Shown piece by piece: positions 34,951 through 38,028 of a stretch of 38,028 bases of DNA (the first letter of the stretch is position 1; every line of letters starts with the position of its first letter). The DNA is from Chlamydiota bacterium. GTDB taxonomy: Bacteria; Chlamydiota; Chlamydiia; Chlamydiales; SM23-39. Made by a program: the position numbers and the translations under genes. A model generated the notes under the pieces. The model was not told where the DNA came from and searched no databases. It saw only the letters and a list, made by a program, of their open reading frames with translations. The stretch spans positions 1 to 38,028 of the forward strand of contig JBCDEZ010000007.1 in NCBI GenBank assembly GCA_039179045.1. The letters run 5' to 3'.

Positions 34951-35218
34951 ATTTAAGTTTTTAAATTTTTTATAACTAATTTTACAATATTTTCAAAAAT
35001 ATAAACAATAAAAAAAAATTCTATTCTACAGATATCTATACAATATAGAGAATGTTTAAATTATAAGACGCTCTACAGAGAGAAAAATATTCGTAATCTC
35101 TTGATCTATCATTGTTTATCAGCAATTTACCCAAACACAAGACTCTTGAAGGGAGCTAGCATGGAAAGGGATTTCTTCCACAAATTCCTTGTGTACACAT
35201 GCTCAAGCCCTAAAGAGC

Positions 35219-36646
35219 TCATGTGGGAGAAAAAGCCGCAAAAGCTGCGTCATCCGTCGGAGTTGTCTCAATAGGAGTATAATCCTTGAACTGGGCAAAC
35301 TCCTTGCGAAATACGAGAGGAATCGTACCGATCGCGCCATGCCGGTTTTTCGCGACGATCAACTCAGCCATCCCAGGTTTATCGTATTCATCGTAGTATT
35401 CTCTACGCATGAGGAGAAAAATCTGGTCGCTATCTTGCTCCAAGCTCCCCGATTCGCGCAAATCGCTCAATAAGGGACGGTGCCCTTGCCGCTCCTCAAC
35501 TTTCCGTGACAACTGGGAGAGGCAAAGAATCGGGATATCAAGCTCCCTTGCCAAAGTCTTCAACAAGCGGGAGATTTCAGACACTTCAAGCTGCCGACTC
35601 TCCATCGAACGGTTCGTCCCTGAACCTGAGAGAAGCTGTAGATAGTCGATGATCAAAAAGCCGATATTGTACGCCTCTTTCATCCGGCGTGCTCGAGAGC
35701 GGAGATCGGTAATTTTGAGACCGGGCTGATCATCAATCAGCATTGTATGCTTTTGCATTTTCTGCACAGAGTAGAAGATTTTTTGGTACTCTCCCCCATC
35801 AATTGATCCACTGAGGATTTTCTCTGATTCCACTTCTGACTGAGAACAGATCAGCCTGTGCACAAGCTGCGATGCGCTCATTTCTAAGGAAAAAATTGCA
35901 ACAGATATATTCTGTCCAAAACAAACATTTTCCGCAATATTGAGTGCAAGGGCTGTTTTCCCCATAGCAGGTCGAGCAGCCAAAATGATGAAATTCGAGG
36001 GATGCAACCCATGGATGAGCTTATCGAGATCGGAAAACTGCGTTGAAATGCCGGTAACTCGAGCTGCTTCTGGCCCGAGTTTCAAAAACCGTTCTTGCCG
36101 TACTTGGAGCTCTTTTAGGTAGGGGATTTTCTCCTCTGTTTTTGCCCCAGATAAGATCTCTTTCACGCTAACAGCCCCACCTGAAGCCGTCCTCTGAGAA
36201 ATTTCATAAAACAGCCCTTGGGCCTCATCCAGCAGCTGCCCTGCCGGCTCTTTTTCTTGCAAAGCCTTGCTCGTAATCGTCTCAGAGGCTCCGATCATCT
36301 TGCGCAAGACCGCCTTCTCCCGAACGATCTTTACATACTCTTCAACATACGCCGAGGTACCCGCGTACTGGGCAAGATTTGCAAGGTAGCTAACGCCTCC
36401 GATTTTCTTCAATGAACCTTCTTTTTTTAGTTCCTCAGCAACAATATGAATATCTGCCGGCCGGTCCTGCTGGTAGGCAATCTGAAGAACCGTGAAAATA
36501 ATCTGATGTTCGCGGAAGTAAAAATCCTTGGGATAAAGAGAGTCTGCACCTAAGTTCAGACTATTGACGCTTGTCAGCATGCAACCTAAAACCATCATCT
36601 CTGATTCTTTAGAATGGGGAGGAACTTTAAGAGGAGCAAAAGCCAT
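35219..36646 (-). CDS. dnaB: Replicative DNA helicase
   Basis: VPPHSKESEMMVLG, AARPAMGKT, FSLEM, IDYLQL, LSQLSR, DLRESGSLEQD, KNRHG; ATG 36646 preferred; no intein. Confidence 0.98.
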   Translation of the reverse strand: MAFAPLKVPPHSKESEMMVLGCMLTSVNSLNLGADSLYPKDFYFREHQIIFTVLQIAYQQDRPADIHIVAEELKKEGSLKKIGGVSYLANLAQYAGTSAYVEEYVKIVREKAVLRKMIGASETITSKALQEKEPAGQLLDEAQGLFYEISQRTASGGAVSVKEILSGAKTEEKIPYLKELQVRQERFLKLGPEAARVTGISTQFSDLDKLIHGLHPSNFIILAARPAMGKTALALNIAENVCFGQNISVAIFSLEMSASQLVHRLICSQSEVESEKILSGSIDGGEYQKIFYSVQKMQKHTMLIDDQPGLKITDLRSRARRMKEAYNIGFLIIDYLQLLSGSGTNRSMESRQLEVSEISRLLKTLARELDIPILCLSQLSRKVEERQGHRPLLSDLRESGSLEQDSDQIFLLMRREYYDEYDKPGMAELIVAKNRHGAIGTIPLVFRKEFAQFKDYTPIETTPTDDAAFAAFSPT

Positions 36647-36708
36647 ATGAAAATATAGTAGCAAGCTCTCTATAATTTGCGCAAAATGATCCTGAAAAAG
36701 GTCCAGAT

Positions 36709-36737
36709 TTGCGAAAAATAACCAAACACTCTAGACT
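36709..36737 (+). promoter_or_regulatory. Putative sigma66 promoter of tRNA-Ser
   Basis: TTGCGA-N17-TAGACT, 17 nt upstream of the tRNA. Confidence 0.55.
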
Positions 36738-36754
36738 TTAACTTTTCTTGATTT

Positions 36755-36841
36755 GGAAAGATGGCTGAGTGGTCGAAGGCACGTCCCTGCTAAGGACGCG
36801 TACCCTTGCGGGTACCGAGGGTTCGAATCCCTCTCTTTCCG
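36755..36841 (+). tRNA. tRNA-Ser (anticodon GCT)
   Basis: Acceptor GGAAAGA/TCTTTCC, anticodon arm CGTCC-CTGCTAA-GGACG, long variable arm GTACCC-TTGC-GGGTAC, T arm GAGGG-TTCGAAT-CCCTC, discriminator G; CCA not encoded. Confidence 0.97.
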
Positions 36842-36974
36842 TTCTCTTGAGCATTTTTTTCACTGCCCTTACGAAACTGCAAAGAATTTCTCGAGTACGC
36901 AGCTCGAACAGGGTCTATTTCGTAAAAAGGCGAACAAAAATCGCGGGATGCGAGGTTTCTCAAAGACCTCACTC

Positions 36975-38028
36975 CTACAAATATAGTAATAAAACAGGCA
37001 CAAGCGCACGAGTCAAGACTACAGTCACGAGAATACCCACCGTCCCAGCAACCGCTAGAACCAGTAGAAAGTTACCAGCTCTGGTGTACAATAACAAGTG
37101 CATGGGGCCCAAAAGGCAAAAAACCAGGCTTTCAAAAATAGAAAGAACGTACGCAATGGTTCTCTCTACTAAAGAGTGGTGTTTCAATTGGCAGTTTTGA
37201 ATCTCATCAACACGATCTTCCATCTCTGGCGAAAGTCTATAATAGATGTCCGAAGAAAGATTGAGAACTCGGAGAGGCAACTGGGCAAGTTCTTTGGGAA
37301 TTTTTCTCAGTCCGTGGTTTTTCAAGCTCAAGATCCGCAAGCTACGCAAACGCCCGATGCTCTCGGGAAGAAATCTCATGACATTGTCTCCCAGATCGAG
37401 GCTTTCAACAACCGGCAAAGCCTCATCAATCCACGCAGGAACAATCCACACACAATTGGCGCGCAAGTTGAGGGTGGTGCAGGAACTGAAAGAACCATAC
37501 TCATTGAGAAAAAATCCACTCAGATAATTGAAACTAAGGTTCATATACCGGATGCAACACGCACTTACCATTAAAGAACCATCCCGCAAAAAATTGTGCT
37601 GCGCATGGAGTGTATATACTCCAAAATTACGAAGATCCAGATGTTTGAGACGATTGTGGCTCACATTTAAAACGCGTACATGAATATCAAGATCAAACCT
37701 TGGAAGAAGATTGTGACTCAAATCCAGATCCCGCATCTCATACGTATTTACGAGGCCGAGGCAAATCTGTTTGATCCGGTTGTGACTAAAATCGCAACTC
37801 GAAAGGCTTGCCCTTGGATGAAAAGGACTCGATACATCACTTAGTGAGTTGTGTCTTAGATTCAAAATCGTTAGAAACTGCAGGGGTTTTAGTGTATCCC
37901 CCAAATCTCCTAGAAGATTGTGACTCAAATCCAGATTCCATATCTGATGCGCACCTCCGAAGCGAATCTTTTCGATCTGGTTGTGACTAAAATTGCACCT
38001 CGAGAGCCCTGCCATTGGATGAAAAGGA
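36975..38028 (-). CDS. Leucine-rich repeat protein with C-terminal hydrophobic anchor, 3' part only (start lies beyond the window)
   Basis: LDLSHNLL, LNLRHNSL, LNVSHNRL, LPESIGRLRSLRILSLKNHGLRKIP. The frame stays open upstream of ATG 38015 (PFHPM), continuing the repeat pattern. Ends in about 60 mostly hydrophobic residues. Confidence 0.88.
   Translation of the reverse strand, partial: PFHPMAGLSRCNFSHNQIEKIRFGGAHQIWNLDLSHNLLGDLGDTLKPLQFLTILNLRHNSLSDVSSPFHPRASLSSCDFSHNRIKQICLGLVNTYEMRDLDLSHNLLPRFDLDIHVRVLNVSHNRLKHLDLRNFGVYTLHAQHNFLRDGSLMVSACCIRYMNLSFNYLSGFFLNEYGSFSSCTTLNLRANCVWIVPAWIDEALPVVESLDLGDNVMRFLPESIGRLRSLRILSLKNHGLRKIPKELAQLPLRVLNLSSDIYYRLSPEMEDRVDEIQNCQLKHHSLVERTIAYVLSIFESLVFCLLGPMHLLLYTRAGNFLLVLAVAGTVGILVTVVLTRALVPVLLLYL
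37705..38028. repeat. Imperfect tandem duplication, period about 201-207 bp (three LRR units)
   Basis: AGAAGATTGTGACTCAAATCCAGAT at about 37705 and 37912; TTGTGACTAAAAT...TTGGATGAAAAGGA ending at 37827 and 38028. Confidence 0.8.

Noticed and set aside
34950..35200. Possible replication origin (AT-rich tract near mnmG/gidA and dnaB, IHF-like TATCAGCAATTTA at 35117-35129)
   Set aside because: No convincing DnaA boxes; the best candidates have two or more mismatches. One or two IHF-consensus matches are expected by chance in 38 kb. The AT-rich tract is adequately explained as a promoter region.
36842..36975. tRNA-anchored integrative element; imperfect hairpin TTACGAAA/TTTCGTAA enclosing TCGAG/CTCGA
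   Set aside because: No integrase and no duplicate of the tRNA 3' end within the window. The hairpin is weak and could simply terminate convergent transcripts.
36753..37200. ORFs 36753-36986, 36769-37200 and 36790-36972
   Set aside because: They overlap tRNA-Ser and/or the antisense strand of the LRR gene; shadow ORFs.
66..38028. The many remaining 60-200 aa ORFs nested in or antisense to the called genes
   Set aside because: No motifs or RBS support; fully explained as alternative-frame shadows of well-supported genes.

Overview
Bacterial chromosomal DNA, almost certainly from an environmental member of the Chlamydiota. The evidence is an NTT/Npt nucleotide transporter, a DUF2709-like gene, a chlamydial-type Pal/LysM pair, and gene blocks that match my recollection of Chlamydia trachomatis synteny: DUF2709-tsaE-(engB)-dnaQ, npt-pgsA-sppA/sohB-polA-coaE-rho, dnaB-mnmG-lplA and tatD/pal/LysM. 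Accessory DNA is interspersed with these core blocks. It includes an LRR protein ending in a eukaryotic-type CaaX box (CTLQ) and a second LRR protein with an Inc-like hydrophobic tail. It also includes an exported NHL beta-propeller gene and a co-oriented small outer-membrane beta-barrel gene, separated by a 519-bp internally deleted IS1634-family relic with intact inverted repeats and a 6-bp target duplication. Also present are an IS66 fragment between TPR and vWA genes, an Inc-like orphan between dnaB and mnmG, and a hairpin-dense intergenic region. The ORF track missed a 29-aa bS22/mS38-like (AURKAIP1/COX24) gene upstream of mnmG, tRNA-Ser(GCT), and a truncated secreted-protein gene at the left edge. 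No CRISPR array, rRNA or intact prophage was seen. All family assignments come from motif recognition by eye, not database searches.
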